Source: Octopus sinensis (taxonomy: Eukaryota). From it: DNA of 64,000 nucleotides. The notes beneath the pieces were generated by a model, which did no database searches, was not told where the DNA came from, and worked only from the letters and a program-made list of their open reading frames with translations. The translations under genes and the position numbers were made by a program. The stretch spans positions 120,776,001 through 120,840,000 of the forward strand of contig NC_042998.1 in assembly GCF_006345805.1 (NCBI RefSeq). The letters run 5' to 3'. Shown here piece after piece: positions 47,091 through 61,050 of the stretch (positions within the stretch are counted from its first letter, which is position 1; the number at the start of each line of letters is the position of its first letter).

Positions 47091-48228
47091 GTGCAGCAAT
47101 ATCAGAGGAAGGTTAACGGAAAATAGCTTTTGTATGTGGAAGATGCACAGGTACAATAAACACTGAAAATGTACAGAAAATAGACTGCATCAACTGCCAG
47201 TGGGGTAAGCTAGAGGTAGTAGATAGCTTCTGTTATCTGGGTGACCAAATTAGAAGCGGAAGTAGATGCTCTGAGAGTGTAGCTGTAAGAATAAGATTAG
47301 GCTGGGCAAAGTTCAGAGAGCTCCTACCTCTGCTGGCAACAAAAGGCCTCTTTTTCAGAGTGAAAGGCAAATTGTATGATGCCTGTGTGTAAACACCTAT
47401 GCTACATGGCAGTGCAACATGAGCTGTGATAGCCAAGGATATGCATAGGCTTGAAAGAAATAAAGCCAGTATACTTTGCTGGATGTGCAACATCAGTGTG
47501 CATATTTGACAGAGTGTAAGCATCCTGAGAATAAAGTTAGACATAAGAGGCATCAAACGTGGTGTGCAAGAGAGACACCTGCACTGGTATGGTCATGTGA
47601 TGCATATGGAGAAGGACAGCTATGTAAAGAAGTGCCGATCTGTAACTGTGGAGGGAACCTGCGATAGAGGTGGACCCAGAAAGACATGGGATGAGGTGGT
47701 GAAGCATGACCATCGAACATTGGGCCTCACAGAGGCAATGACTAGTGACTGAGACCTTTGACAATATGCTGTGCTTGAGAAGACCCATTAAGCCAAGTGA
47801 AATTGTAGTCATGTAACTGACATGTAAAAAGCACCTTTTGAGCATAGGGCCTCAGAGAGGCAAAGTGGCTGAGCTCCTTTCAAGTATTGGCCCTCACGGA
47901 TGCAAAGTGACTGAGTTCCTTTTGAATGTTGGGCCTCACAGAGGCAAAGTAACTGAACTTCTTTCAAGTGTTGGGCCTCACAGAGGCAGTGACCAAGCCC
48001 TTTGGCATTGTATTGTACTTGAGAAGAAGACCCATCAAGTTGAGCAAAATTGCAGTTGTGGCAAATACTGGTGTCACGCAAACGGCACCTGTGCCAGTGA
48101 CATGTAAAAGTACTCATTACACTCTCAGAGTAGTTGGTGTTAGGAAGGGTATCCAGCCATAGAAACCATGCCAAAACAGACTAATGTCTGGTGCATCCTT
48201 CCAGTTTGCCAGCCCTGGTCAAACCATC
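47091..48228 (+). mobile_element. 5'-truncated RTE-clade LINE, same family and same 5' start as 25206
   Basis: Same motifs; 42-bp tandem units at ~47835-47990. Confidence 0.85.
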
Positions 48229-49197
48229 TTTTTGAGTGTTTCCTTTTTAGAATTTACATCTCTGATCCAAAACTGAGGCATTCCAGGATACTTCAGTGTC
48301 AAATAAGACAAATTTACTCACTAGGCAGGGCACCAGTCCACTGTTTTTGTGTGTGTATATAACAATTTATATGCACATATACAAACGAATACACACACAC
48401 GCACACATATATATAATAATTTATATGCATGCACAGATACAGATACACGTACATGGAGTTTGTGTGTGCATGCATAAAAATTGTTACTTCCTCTTCTTTG
48501 CATGAAATCTCAACCAAAAATATCAATGTTTACATTCTCAGTGAAGATTATGTCTTATAGTTCTGCACCCCCCAAGTAGTGGAGTACAGAAAAGGTCCCT
48601 TATCTTGTAAAAACATTTAAGAGTTATTAGCAGGGAAAGTATCCAGCCATATCATCCAGCCTCCAATAAGCATCCATTCAACAATATATGCTCACATAGA
48701 GAAACAGGTTTTCAACAAATGAAATATATACATATTGCACACATGCATATACGTGTGTGTGTGTGTGTACATAGAGAGAGAGAGATAAGATAGATGGATA
48801 AATAGATAAATGTCGTTATATCATTATCTTCATCATCATCACACCACTATTGTCATATTGCTTTAACTTCCAGCTTTCCATGTTTGCATGGGTCAGACAG
48901 AGTTTGTTGTGGCAAATTTTCTAGGGCTGGATGTCCTTCCTGTCTCCAGCATTCATCTGATCCCAGAATGATATTTCTCCAGAGTCAGATATGTTTTCAC
49001 AGAATATTGGATGACAGTGACACTTATTTATGATTATTACATGATACAAAGATAAGGAGAGACAAATACACACACATATATGTATATAACACAAGTGGCT
49101 TCTTTCAGTTTCCACCTACTAAATCCACTCAGAAGGCTTTTGGTGGCCCATGACTATAGTAAAAGACACTTTCCCAAGGTGCCACACTGTAAGGATG

Positions 49198-49200
<3 letters not shown>

Positions 49201-49233
<33 letters not shown>

Positions 49234-49251
49234 ATGTGTGTGTGTGTGTGT
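49201..49251. repeat. (TG)n microsatellite
   Basis: Direct reading. Confidence 0.95.
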
Positions 49252-49899
49252 AAAACACTTTATGCCTTTGTGTATGTGTATATATGTTGTTTTATGTCTC
49301 ATGAATAGAATTAGTTGGAAAGTTAAAACTAAAGTGTCTAGTTTTGTTGATGCAAAATCTTCTACAGGTATTTAAAGCATCCTTGTTCTACTAGGAAAAG
49401 ACATCAGGAGTAGTATCAGTCAGTTGAATAATGTCTTGGTTTTGTTGCTACACCAAGGAACTGCTCACAGCATCTTCAGAACTGGCTGTAAACTTATGTT
49501 ATTTTCATCTTTGTTTTTAGTTTTTTCCTTTCACTGACCTTTCTGGAATGTTTCAAAACAGAAACACACACACACACACACACACACAAATCTCTACGTG
49601 AAGGTAGACATATCAACAGAACATGATTCCACATCCTCTATGAATTCTTTATCCTATTAGCCAAAATTGTGCAGTCAACATTTTATTTTTCTCCTTCCTC
49701 CATACTGCTATTCATGAGAATTCTTCCTAACCCTACCTTTTAAAATTCTAGCCACTAACAAGCTACATTGACTGACTTACCCCCACACAGCCTCTTACCC
49801 CTTATTTTCAAATTAATATTATCACTATCATATCTGCCTTAATCCAGACAATTTTCTTCTCCCTCACTATATCTCACTAGATGAGGCAAAAAGGTAGAT

Positions 49900-50500
49900 T
49901 CTTTGAGGTTGCTCAGCCTGTTAGAAATAGCAGCTAAATTCTTTAAAATCATCTAATGATCTATAAAGTAAAAAGGACAGATACTTTTTGTCCAAAATAT
50001 GCAATAAGACCGTTAATCATAGATCTCTTCAATCAATGCTCATGTGGGGCTAAACAACCACAACATGAGTGATGATAGAAACTCTACCAAGTTGCTCAAC
50101 CAGCTTGAAATAGCAGTTAAATCATCCTCAAACCTCAATGAAAGATATTTTAGATAAAGTCAACTTGGATGCATTTTCTGAAATTAATATGTGATGATTA
50201 TGGCTGGAACACTTTAACCTAATTCTAAGCAATACCTGTTTCCCTTACCTGAGCCTTGCCATCTCCAGTTACCATCAATTTTATCCCTTGTTGCCTGCTG
50301 TAAAAAGTAGACCTAATACATATTCCACTACAAAGTAGTGACCTTTTATATGGTTATTTGATCTACTAAAAATAGCAACCAGATCGCCTTCAAATAACGC
50401 CTTCCTATTTTAAAATAATGGACACATAGGAACAGGATAGGAGAGTCATGGTTGGAATGCTAGTCTGCTCCTCTCAAGGATGAGTTGGGATAAACAACCA
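49900..50500 (+). repeat. Three tandem degenerate copies of an unclassified ~200-bp dispersed repeat (CTAGAAATAGCAGCCAAAT...ATGGCTGGAATG...CTAAACAAC); others near 1735, 5160, 18590, 44560 (+) and 1, 1260, 8960, 9480 (-)
   Basis: Recurring motif blocks. Confidence 0.55.
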
Positions 50501-51137
50501 CTTCTACACAGTATCTTGTGGCTGTTCTTCACTACAAAGCATTTCATTGAACACCTTTGAAGTTTAGATCTATAGCTAGATTATCATTCCTGGTAAGGTT
50601 TGATAAATTTCAGGATGCTCATGATTTTATAAATGTAAAGTGTTATGTGACAGTACTATGTAAAAAGTACCTGTGTTAGTGCCATGTAAAAAGCACCTGT
50701 ACTAGTGCTATATAAAAAGTACTCAGTACACTCTGTAAAGTAGTTGGCATTAGGAAGGGATCCAGCCATAAAAACCATGCCAAACCCCACCAGCTCCTGT
50801 CAAACTGTCCAACCCATGCCAGCAAGGAAAACGGACATTAAATGATGATGATGACAATAATGGAAAGGGTTAGCATACTTTTTGAAGATGGTTACATCAA
50901 CTCTGGTCACTCCATATCTACAATTATGTTGAAGTTCATTATAACAGAATGCTAAATGAGGTTTCTTGCTTTGGTGAATTCTAAAATTAAATTTGTCTTT
51001 TCCACTATGGTGTTTGTTGGCAAGTGTGTGCATACATGCATGCAAAATATATTAACAGAACCACATGCATATATATATGTTTCCTCATTATCATCATTTA
51101 ATGTCTGTCTTCCATGCCGGTATGTGTGTGTGTGTGT

Positions 51138-51168
<31 letters not shown>

Positions 51169-51700
51169 GCACACACACATGCATATAATAATACATATTT
51201 ATATGCATCAATATTCTTATATGTGTATGCATACACCCACACATGTACATGCATATATATACACGTACTGCATATATACATATTTAATACATATATTGGC
51301 ATAAGAAGTATCAAACATGATGTGCAAATGAGAAAACTGCACTAGCACGGTTATGTGATATGTGATGTGGATGAGGACAGCAACAGAAAGAAGAGCTGAT
51401 TGCTAAACACGGGTGGAAGCTGTAGAACAAGGAGACAGAAAGACAGAGGAGATGACAAAGAACCATGATTGGTGAAAATGAGGTACTGTGTACTCCCACA
51501 ACTCATCTTCTAACACCCATCCTTCCATTAATCTTTTTTCAGTTTCCATCTACCAAATTCAAATCCTCTCATAAGTTTTCAGTCAGCCCAGGGCTTAAGT
51601 AGAAGACACTTGCCGAAAGAGTCACACAGTGGGACTCAACCCCAAAACCATGTGGTTGGGAAGCAAACTCCTTACCACACAACTGTTCTGCAGCTGCAGC

Positions 51701-51850
51701 TATACATACATACATACATACATACATACATACATACATACATACATACATACATACATACATACATACATACATACATACATACATACATACATACATA
51801 CATACATACATACATACATACATACATACATACATACATACATACATACA

Positions 51851-51880
<30 letters not shown>
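51701..51880. repeat. (TACA)n microsatellite, ~180 bp
   Basis: Direct reading. Confidence 0.98.
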
Positions 51881-51881
<1 letters not shown>

Positions 51882-51956
51882 CAATCAATCAATCTATCTG
51901 TCTGTCTGTCTAACTGTATTAATCAAAGTGTACAGTTTTATATATCCATTATGGCT

Positions 51957-52040
51957 GCTCTTATCAATTGGTTTTGCACTAGGGGTTCAACAGAGTGTTA
52001 GGCAAGAGTCCGATTATATAACCCTGTGCTCTTCAGAGGT
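51957..52040 (-). ncRNA. Degenerate hammerhead motif with extended stem II
   Basis: CTGAAGA-GCACAGGG...CCCTAGTGC-(A)AAA-ccaattga-TA; the inverted copy at 52059-52080 retains GAAA-ccgattgg-TA. Confidence 0.5.
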
Positions 52041-52243
52041 AACTGTTATGGAAGCCAAGTGTGAAACCGATTGGTAAGATCAGCCGTAATGGATATATAA
52101 TACTGTACACTTCTACTAATATACCCACTCTACTGACAAATATATAAGTGCATTTTTTACCTGATTTATGGACTCTTAGTATATATAGATATATAAATAT
52201 ATATCCAGAGGTAATGCAGTACAATCGTTTCATCACCTTATTT

Positions 52244-52386
<143 letters not shown>

Positions 52387-52860
52387 TAAAAAAATACAAA
52401 CTGGAACAAGAACACAAAACATTTAAAAGACGATACAAAAAACACGGACAGGACATTCGAAGCCTTCAATCTTCAGTCAAGAACCGGATCATCCTCGCAA
52501 TTTCGGCTGATGTATTTATATATATATATATATATCATTATGCGGTAAGGCTTCAACAAGTAGAAACACACTTGATCAGCTATGAAAGTAAAAATAATGT
52601 TATAAGAGAAAACATAAATCTTGTTAAATACAGCTACCAAGGGTTTCCTGGTTGAAATAATAATTTATTTCCAAATTATTCAAACTGCAAGTAAGACTGT
52701 TGGTCAGTTGTGTTTAGAGCATATGATGTTTAAAAACAACAGATAAACAGTCTTGTTCTTGGTTTGAAAAGAGGTGAAATAAATTAGTATTTCAACCAGG
52801 AAACCCTTGGTAGCTGTATTTAACAAGATTTGTGGTTTTTATAACATTGTGTATATATAT

Positions 52861-53267
52861 ACTCTTACTCTTTACTCTTTTACTTGTTTCAGTCATTTGA
52901 CTGCGGCCATGCTGGAGCACCGCCTTTAATCGAGCAACTTGACCCCGGGACTTATTCTTTTGTAAGCCCAGTACTTATTCTATTGGTCTCTTTTGCCGAA
53001 CCGCTAAGTAACGGGGACATAAACACACCAGCATCGGTCGTCAAGCAATGCTAGGGGGACAAACTCAGACACACAAACACACACACGCATTTATATATAT
53101 ATATACATATATACGACGGGCTTCTTTCAGTTTCCGTCTACCAAATCCAGTCACAAGGCTTTGGTCGGCCCGAGGCTATAGTAGAAGACACTTGCCCAAG
53201 ATGCTATGCAGTGGGACTGAACCCGGAACCATGTGGTTGGTTAGCAAGCTACTTACCACACAGCCAG
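52861..53267 (-). mobile_element. Same tRNA-derived SINE family, minus strand
   Basis: Reverse complement of 23378-23763. Confidence 0.85.
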
Positions 53268-53753
53268 TGAAATCACTTGAGAAGACCCATCAAGCTAAGT
53301 GAAGTCATGGCTGATGTTAGTGTCATGTAACTGGCACCTGTGCTGGTAGCACATAAAAAGTACCTTTCAAGTGTTGAGCCTCATGCAGGCAAGGTAGCCA
53401 ATGCCTGTGGCACATAAAAAGCACCTTTCAAGTATATTAGGCCTCACAGAGGCAATGACAAATGCCCAGGAACATTGGCATTATGCTGTGCTTGAGAAGA
53501 CCCATCAAACCAAGTGAAATCTTAGTTGTGGAAGATACTAGTGTCATGAAAATGGTACCTGTGCTGGTGGCACATAAAAAGCACTCATTACACTCTCAGA
53601 GTAGTTAGCATTTGGAAGGGCATCATCCAGTTGTAGAAACCATGCTAAATCAGACTAGAATCCGGTACAGCCTTTGAGCTTGCCAGCCCTGGTCAAACCA
53701 TCCTACCCATGCCAGTATGGTCAATGGACATTAAAAAATGATGATGATGATGA

Positions 53754-53789
<36 letters not shown>

Positions 53790-53864
53790 AAATGTGACCG
53801 CGTGTGTATCGTTGGCGATTTTTTTCCCTCTGTCTTCCCTTCTCTAGATCTTTCCTTCTCCTAT

Positions 53865-53899
53865 GTTTCCGACGAAGAGCTCCGCTCGAAACATCAAAC
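53865..53899 (+). ncRNA. Minimal hammerhead-like motif in a (TA)n-inserted repeat
   Basis: GTTT-CCGACGA-aGAGC tcc GCTC-GAAA-catc-AAAC (core variant CCGACGA). Confidence 0.5.
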
Positions 53900-53992
53900 C
53901 CTCCTTCTTTCCTTCTTTCCTGAGCATGCAATAATACTATATTTGTTCCACGTCCTCGCGTTGTTGTGTGTTTTTGTGCTTTCTTGTTTGGA

Positions 53993-54037
<45 letters not shown>

Positions 54038-54199
54038 TAATTGTACAAAAACCAAAAGACAGAGACAGATGAGCGAACAACAAACAAGTATGAATTTGAT
54101 GCTCAGGAAAAATAGAAGACTCTTTGACATTTTAAGTTTATGCTCTTCTACAGAAAGGAATAGGAGAAACAACAGATGGAGAGAGGAAATAAAAAATAG

Positions 54200-54840
54200 A
54201 CAGCCACCATGAGCGACCTGATAACTGAACCCCGACATGATGCCACACATAGGAGCATTAAGCACATCCTTCGATGCACATCCTTGATGGAAGGAAGAAA
54301 ATTTCAAACCCCCATCAATAATAGGCACTTGGGCAACAGTAAACCCTTGAAACTTCTGCACTGCATGAAGGAATTGGCCCAAGATGCACCTGTTGATAGT
54401 GCTTTATTGAAACAACTATTTTTTTCACAGTTGCCCTCTAATGTCTAAGCCATCCTAGCCTCTATGATGGAGAAGACTCCCATCAAGCTAATAGCCTCCA
54501 CCACCTACAGAATCATAAAGTATACTGGTAACACCACCAAGCTGACCTCAGCACTGCTGGATACCTCTGCACACCCACCAGTAGCATCAGTTTCCACTGA
54601 TAAGGACCTTGCCTCAGCTGCTATCCTAAAGGCAATAGCTAAATTAACGAGAGAAGTGCAGCTCCTTCACACCTCCAGGTCACATTCACCCAGTGATGCA
54701 TCACTTCTTGCCCACCCTGTTGTGGACGCTCAGCTATTTCTTTGTAGTGGATGCATCCAACACCGCCATAGGCGTGGTGTTACAACAATTTCACTAGCAA
54801 CAACTCCAGCCTCCTGCCTTTTTCTCTCAGCAGCTTAAAC
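54200..54840 (+). mobile_element. Decayed Gypsy-type gag remnant
   Basis: LGNSKPLKLLHCMKELA...LLKQLFFSQLPSNV*AILAS resembles the LGDRKPSQLL..M..L / F..LP gag motif. Confidence 0.55.
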
Positions 54841-55050
54841 CAGCTGAAACTCACTGCAGCACTATATCGACGAGGTGTCTAGCCTCACTTTGATACACTA
54901 GCTTCACTTTGATACAGTAGCCTCATTCTGAGCTACATTGAGCCACACACTAACACCAGTCATCAAGCAGTGGTGAACACACACACACACATAAACATTG
55001 GCGTGAATCTAATCGACTAGCCCTCTCCCTTAACTTGCTGGCCTTGTGCC

Positions 55051-55053
<3 letters not shown>

Positions 55054-55097
<44 letters not shown>

Positions 55098-55140
55098 TAT
55101 TATTGTTGTTGTTGTTGTTGTTGTTATTATTATTATTATT
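55054..55140. repeat. Compound (ATC)n(ATT)n(GTT)n microsatellite
   Basis: Direct reading. Confidence 0.93.
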
Positions 55141-55885
55141 TTCTCTTTATCACAGGTTTTGTTGGAGTTCCTGGAGTTTTGCATGCTTAGCAGGCTTGCT
55201 ACCTGCAGCCTATGGTACCATGCAATCCATTCTTTTCAACTATCTAATACTTTCCTGATTATTCTGGTCATGCCAAGGAGGCAAACCTTTTGTAATAGTT
55301 CTACTGGGCACTCTATTCCAATTTCCTTTATATTCCTCTTGATGTCTTCTGATACTGTTCCCAAGGACCCAACAATAATTGGCACTGTCTTCACCTTCTT
55401 CATTTTCCATAGCCAGGTTATTTCGTACTTAATAGGGTTGTATCTATCTATCTATCTTTTCGTCTTCTTGACTATTCATGAATCATGGGTCAAAATCAAC
55501 CATATAGCATATATGGGGCATCTTGTCCATGACCACTAGGTCCGGTCTGTTTGGATTGGTTGAACCCAGAAGATTTTGCTAGTCTCCCACTCCGCCACTC
55601 TTTGCAGTCTGTGCTCATACCACGTCTTGCCTCTCACTAGCCCCCACTTTTTGCACAATTTCCAGTGTAGCACTTTTGCTACCTGATTGTGTCGCTACAA
55701 CTTGTAGTGGTTTTGGGAAAGTCTAAGGCATATGTTCGTGATATGAGCAACGATTTTATCCACACTATTGTAGATGCGGCACAGTGGAGACACTTGCTCA
55801 TTCCTAAGGTTGGCCTTCCAGTTTGTGTCCAAAGCTTGGTCCTGCGCTGCCAGTATAGTGCTCTCGGTCACTTTTTTTAGTGTTT
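55140..55885 (-). mobile_element. 3' fragment of an R4/Dong-like LINE (CCHC, RHNQVAK.LHW, RPDLVV), flanked by (ATC/TTA/TTG)n microsatellites
   Basis: Minus-strand translation gives RLE-class motifs; same superfamily as 62520-64000. Confidence 0.7.
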
Positions 55886-57153
55886 CATTATTGTTGTTGT
55901 TGTTATAAACATTGAGATCAATGTAATTAATTTACCCTCTCCCCCGACATTGCTGGTCTTGTGTCAAATATTATTATTATTCTTACATCTGCCTTAGTGA
56001 AGGCGGAGGTATTGTTTTCAGTCGTGCTTGTTTGTTTGTCCGTGGACAAGATATCTCAAGAACCATTGGATGGATTCAGATAAAACTTTCATGGATGTTT
56101 GGCCTCGTAATTGGAACAAACTGATTAGATTTGGGGATTGATCCAGTACCAGATAAGGATTACGGATTATTTTTCTAGGTTCATTTGTAGTATTCTCGTT
56201 TGTGAGAGCAGTTGAGTTTATTTCAAATATTCTCATTTTAAAAATCATCTCTGGTTAATCGTTGAGAGAACACTGGTGTTGCCTTGACAAAGGTCTGCAC
56301 TCTCTGAGTGCTCTTGTTATAATTGTTGTTGTTGTTGTTGTTAATATTTTAAACATTGGCCTTGTGTCAAAATTTGAAACCATTATTATTGTTATTATGC
56401 GATGAGAAATATTCTTCAGAGGTTAACCCTCATAGAGAAGATGACAAGGGACTGAGACATCAGGTGATTTGCTGTGCTTGAGAAGATACGTCAAGCTAAA
56501 TAAAATCATGGTCATCCACACATACATGCATGTCCTTTATGGCTATAACCCCATCTCTCTGCTTCCTTCTCCTATAGGGGTAGCCAAGTATCTCTGCTGG
56601 TGACTCCATGGCTGCTGAGCCATGTAAAAAGCACCCATGTTGGTGCCATGTAAAAGATGCACCTATGCTGATGCTATGTAAAAAAGAACCCATGCCAGCA
56701 CCACATAAGAAAGCACTTGTGCTAGCATCATGTATAAAAACATCTGTGCAATGTAAAAAGCATCCAGTACACTCTGTAAAGTGGTTGGTTTTAGGAAGGG
56801 CATCCAGCTGTAGAAACCTTGCCAAAACTGATGAGTAGAACCTGGTGCAGCCCTCTGGCTTGCCAGCTCCAGTCAAACTGTCCAAAACATGCCAGCATGG
56901 AAAACAGACATTAAATGATGATGATGATGATTTTTAATGTGGTCTACTTGCTATTAAACTCAGCCAAACACATATTGGTGCAGATGACACTTCCTTCAAT
57001 CTTCTTTAATCCTCCCTATATCCCTGTTACCCACACAAACTCTTGGTACCTTAAACTAAATTTGCGCTGCTTCTATAAAGAGACTTCAAAAATATCCTCC
57101 AATAGAAACCTGACAACCTAGAATCTTTAAACATACTCAAAGCACAGTTACAG

Positions 57154-57155
<2 letters not shown>

Positions 57156-57210
<55 letters not shown>

Positions 57211-57245
57211 ATCTCTCTCTCTATCTCTCTCTCATCTCTCTCTCA
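57156..57245. repeat. (CT)n microsatellite
   Basis: Direct reading. Confidence 0.95.
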
Positions 57246-60200
57246 TCATGAAAATCTCCCAACTAGTACCTTTACAAACTTTACAGATACTTGACTTCAC
57301 AACTGATTGTTCATGATAACTACACTTCTATAGCATTGCCAAAATTGCACCTTAAAGATCTCCTCCTTAGGTCTTCTCTCTAGGACAAAATGCAAATGCA
57401 CTCCTCTATAGAGTACTGGTCTTCTATTTAGGTTGGTGTAGCTACTGTGCACACAAACTTTCTAGATTGTATTGAAAACCAATATCCAGATTAAGAGACA
57501 AATCTTCAATTTACACTGCACTGTAACTACTGAAGAAGTCTTGCTCTTGTCCTTCTCAGTTTGCAAACAATGCATCACTATCATCACACAAGATACTATC
57601 CTATTCCTCCAACATTCCTTCTTACCTCATCACATCATTATTGTGTAAACTTCACACAAAATGTTATTCCAATCCTTCCTTTCCAGATCTACAATACACA
57701 AGAAAACCCATCTGGCTCATATTTCCTCTCGGACATCAACCAATGAATATTCAAACTGAAAATTCACAGCATCAATCTCATCAGTTTAGGACAACCTGCA
57801 AATGTCATTAAAGGTTATTTAAAAACCATGAACACTGTCTCTATTTGTTGTACTAAAATGTTAATTTTTGACCATTTTTTTGTTTTGTTGGATCTGGAGG
57901 AAGGAGTGGTACTCAAACCCTTTAAGGTCAATAAGATTGATGTTATTACTGTTTCACTTAAAGTGTTACAAATTGATACCTGCAAGGAGAAAGTTCCAGA
58001 ACAGGCAAAGAGAAAAGGGAGTTCAGTACAAGGTCAACAATTTTGAAAGAGAGAACAGACAATTACAACAACCCCAATTCTTAACTGGTACATTACTTTA
58101 ACCACCCTGAAATATGAAAGATTAAAGTTAACTTTGGTCAGATTTGAACTCAGAATATAAAGTTCTGTAATCTAATACCTCAAAATATTTTCTGTTATTT
58201 TACTGATTCTGCCCACTATTGCTCATAGTGATATGCTTAAGGAATTCATTTTACTGGGTTAAATAATGCTTAAAAGAAAGAAAAGGAAAATATATGATTT
58301 GATGTTATTTAGCTAATTAAATGTAGAAGTGGTGATTTATAGATGTTTTTTTATATCTCAATCCATTGAACATAATGTATTTTTAGTTCCATCAGGATTG
58401 TGAATTGTTCTGATCTTTTCTTCAAAAAGGAAGAGACTTGCCAACAGAGCTTTACCGCTTAGTTCTGAAATATTCAATTTCATACATCAGAAGTAAATGA
58501 AAAGCTCGTCTTTCAAACGACTTAGCTCCAATGTCCAATTTGCAAGAAATTGTTTTATTCCTTTTATATCTTAGCATTATATTTCAATCTCATATGATTT
58601 GTATGTATCTCCTTTAAACAACCAACATTGAAAATTTTGCCATCAGCTCCTATTCCACTGCTATTATAGCCATTGCATACAATGTTCGTTCTTTCAGAAA
58701 TAAAAATCATTTTAAGAAAAGAAGACAAAACCAAATCTATAAAAAAAAATCTTTTAATATTGACAATTACTGGAAACAAATTCAGTGCCAAACCTCTTGA
58801 GACACGCAACTATTTTCAACTAAATATTGCCTTCAACAGTTTTCTGATTCTATAGAGAAAACATGCTATAGAAAGGATTAGTCACCATAGTAATATGAGA
58901 GCATTAAAAAAATTTGTTTTTTAGAAAATTATTTTAGGAAATATTAAATTAATACATTGTCTGCTGTCTCTACAAGCCTAGCCATTGTTTTTAGCCACAC
59001 TACCTCCTCCATCATTAATCATCATCATCAACATCTAATGTCTATTTTCCATGCTGGCATGGGACCCACTGTTTTTACTACACTGCCCATGGTCTCTACT
59101 ACACTAGTAGTAAAAAGATCCATCAGGAGGTACATTTAATGTTGGATCTACTCAACTTAGTTGTGAATAGTTCCAAGCAAATTTGCAGTTATTTTTTAAA
59201 TTACTCCACATACATCTAAATGGATACTATGAGGAGATGCAATTTACTTTTATTGATACCCACTACATAACCTTAAAAAAGTTTTATGTATATGTACAGT
59301 TTATTTTTGCTTTTATCCACCAAACTAAATATGTACTATGAAGAGGTACAATTCTCCATTGTAATCATCATCATCTTTTTACTTCTAGTTATTTATGATA
59401 ACATGAGGGTATGCACAAGAGTGTAATGACTTACTTCATTTAGGTTTTTGTTTGACATTACAATTGTTATGACTCTGCTCAACTTTGAACAGGTAATTTA
59501 TGCAGAAGACACCCATGGCGAAATTTCCCCTTGTCCTTTTTCTAAATTGCCCAATGGTAAAAGGTAAATGCTTTTTCACTAAATTTCTGCATATTCTCAG
59601 TCATTATAAGGTGTGGTAAGTACCTATAAAGCTATGCTTTGCTAAGAAGGTCTAATAATACTGAAACATATTCAGAATTATCACTATACTTACAAAGATG
59701 AGACACCCTCAACATTGCATACTCCTGTTCAAGTTTTAAATTGATGTCAATTCCAGAGTTATTTTCCTGGCTTTTAACAAGAATTATCATTAACGCTATT
59801 TTCCTTTTCATTTTTCTTTTCTTTACTGTAGGGTAATCCTAAATGATAAAAAAAAAATTAAGGTATTTTACTATATATAGTATGTCAACCCCATCCCCTT
59901 AAGTATGTCTATTTTTCTGCCTACCAGCCTATCTCCTTATCTACCAACTTATTTATATACTAGGCCAGGATGACTTGTTTTGAATGTATCACATACAAAC
60001 GAAATTTTTAAACTGTGCTACCTTCCACCTTAATACCCATAGTGTGGAAGCTTTAATTATCATTTTAAAATCCTGCCCCACAAAACCAGCCTTATATCCC
60101 TTACATCCCCTACAACGACCCCCACTAAGCTCAGATATTTCCCCACACTCACATACATCTCCAGCTAGCTGGTGAGTAACCAACAAAAAAGGAATGAATC

Positions 60201-60561
60201 ATCAATTTTTTCCATCTACATCACACCATACCCATCACCTGTTTACTATGTTACTGTAGAAGCTACCAAACTTGATGTCTATTCCAATTTCAAGACATTT
60301 TCCATTCATTAATTATTCTACTGTCAGTTAATGACAGCTCATTATCGCTAACAGACAGCGAAATTCCTATTTACTTTTCTTCCATCTCCATACTTCCAAT
60401 TACTACAGCTGAATGTACTTGAATTGTCCATAAGGATGGGGGAAGGAGGAGGGAGTAAGCTGCAAAAATGACATTTTGATTCAATATTTTTATTCTATTC
60501 TATTTTGTTAGGTAGCAGAATTGAAGAATTCTGAACGATTCTTGAAAATTTTAAATTTTTC

Positions 60562-60774
60562 TCTTTTATCCTTTTACTTGTTTCAGTCATTTGACTGCAG
60601 CCATGCTGGAGCACCACCTTTTTTAGTCGAGCAAATCAACCCCAGGACTTATTCTTTGTAAGCCTAGTACTTATTCTATCAGTCTCTTTTGCCGAACCGC
60701 TAAGTTACGGAGGACATAATCACACCAACATAGATTGTCAAGCGATGTTGGGGGGCCAAACACAGACACACAAA

Positions 60775-60865
<91 letters not shown>

Positions 60866-61050
60866 ACACACATATATATACATATATACGATGGGCTTCT
60901 TTCAGTTTCCGTCTACCAAATCCACTCACAAGGCTTTGGTCGGCCCAAGGCAATAGTAGAAGACACTTGCCCAAGGTGCCACACAGTGGGACTGGACCTG
61001 GAACAATGTGGTTCGTAAGCAAGCTACTTACCACGCAGCCACTCCTATGC
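60562..61050 (-). mobile_element. Same SINE family with expanded internal (CA)n
   Basis: Reverse complement of 23378-23763; (CA)n at ~60779-60870. Confidence 0.85.

Noticed and set aside
58564-58692. Possible minus-strand terminal exon of a neighbouring gene (RTNIVCNGYNSSGIGADGKIFNVGCLKE...)
   Set aside because: Plausible acceptor but no recognisable homology and no partner exons identified
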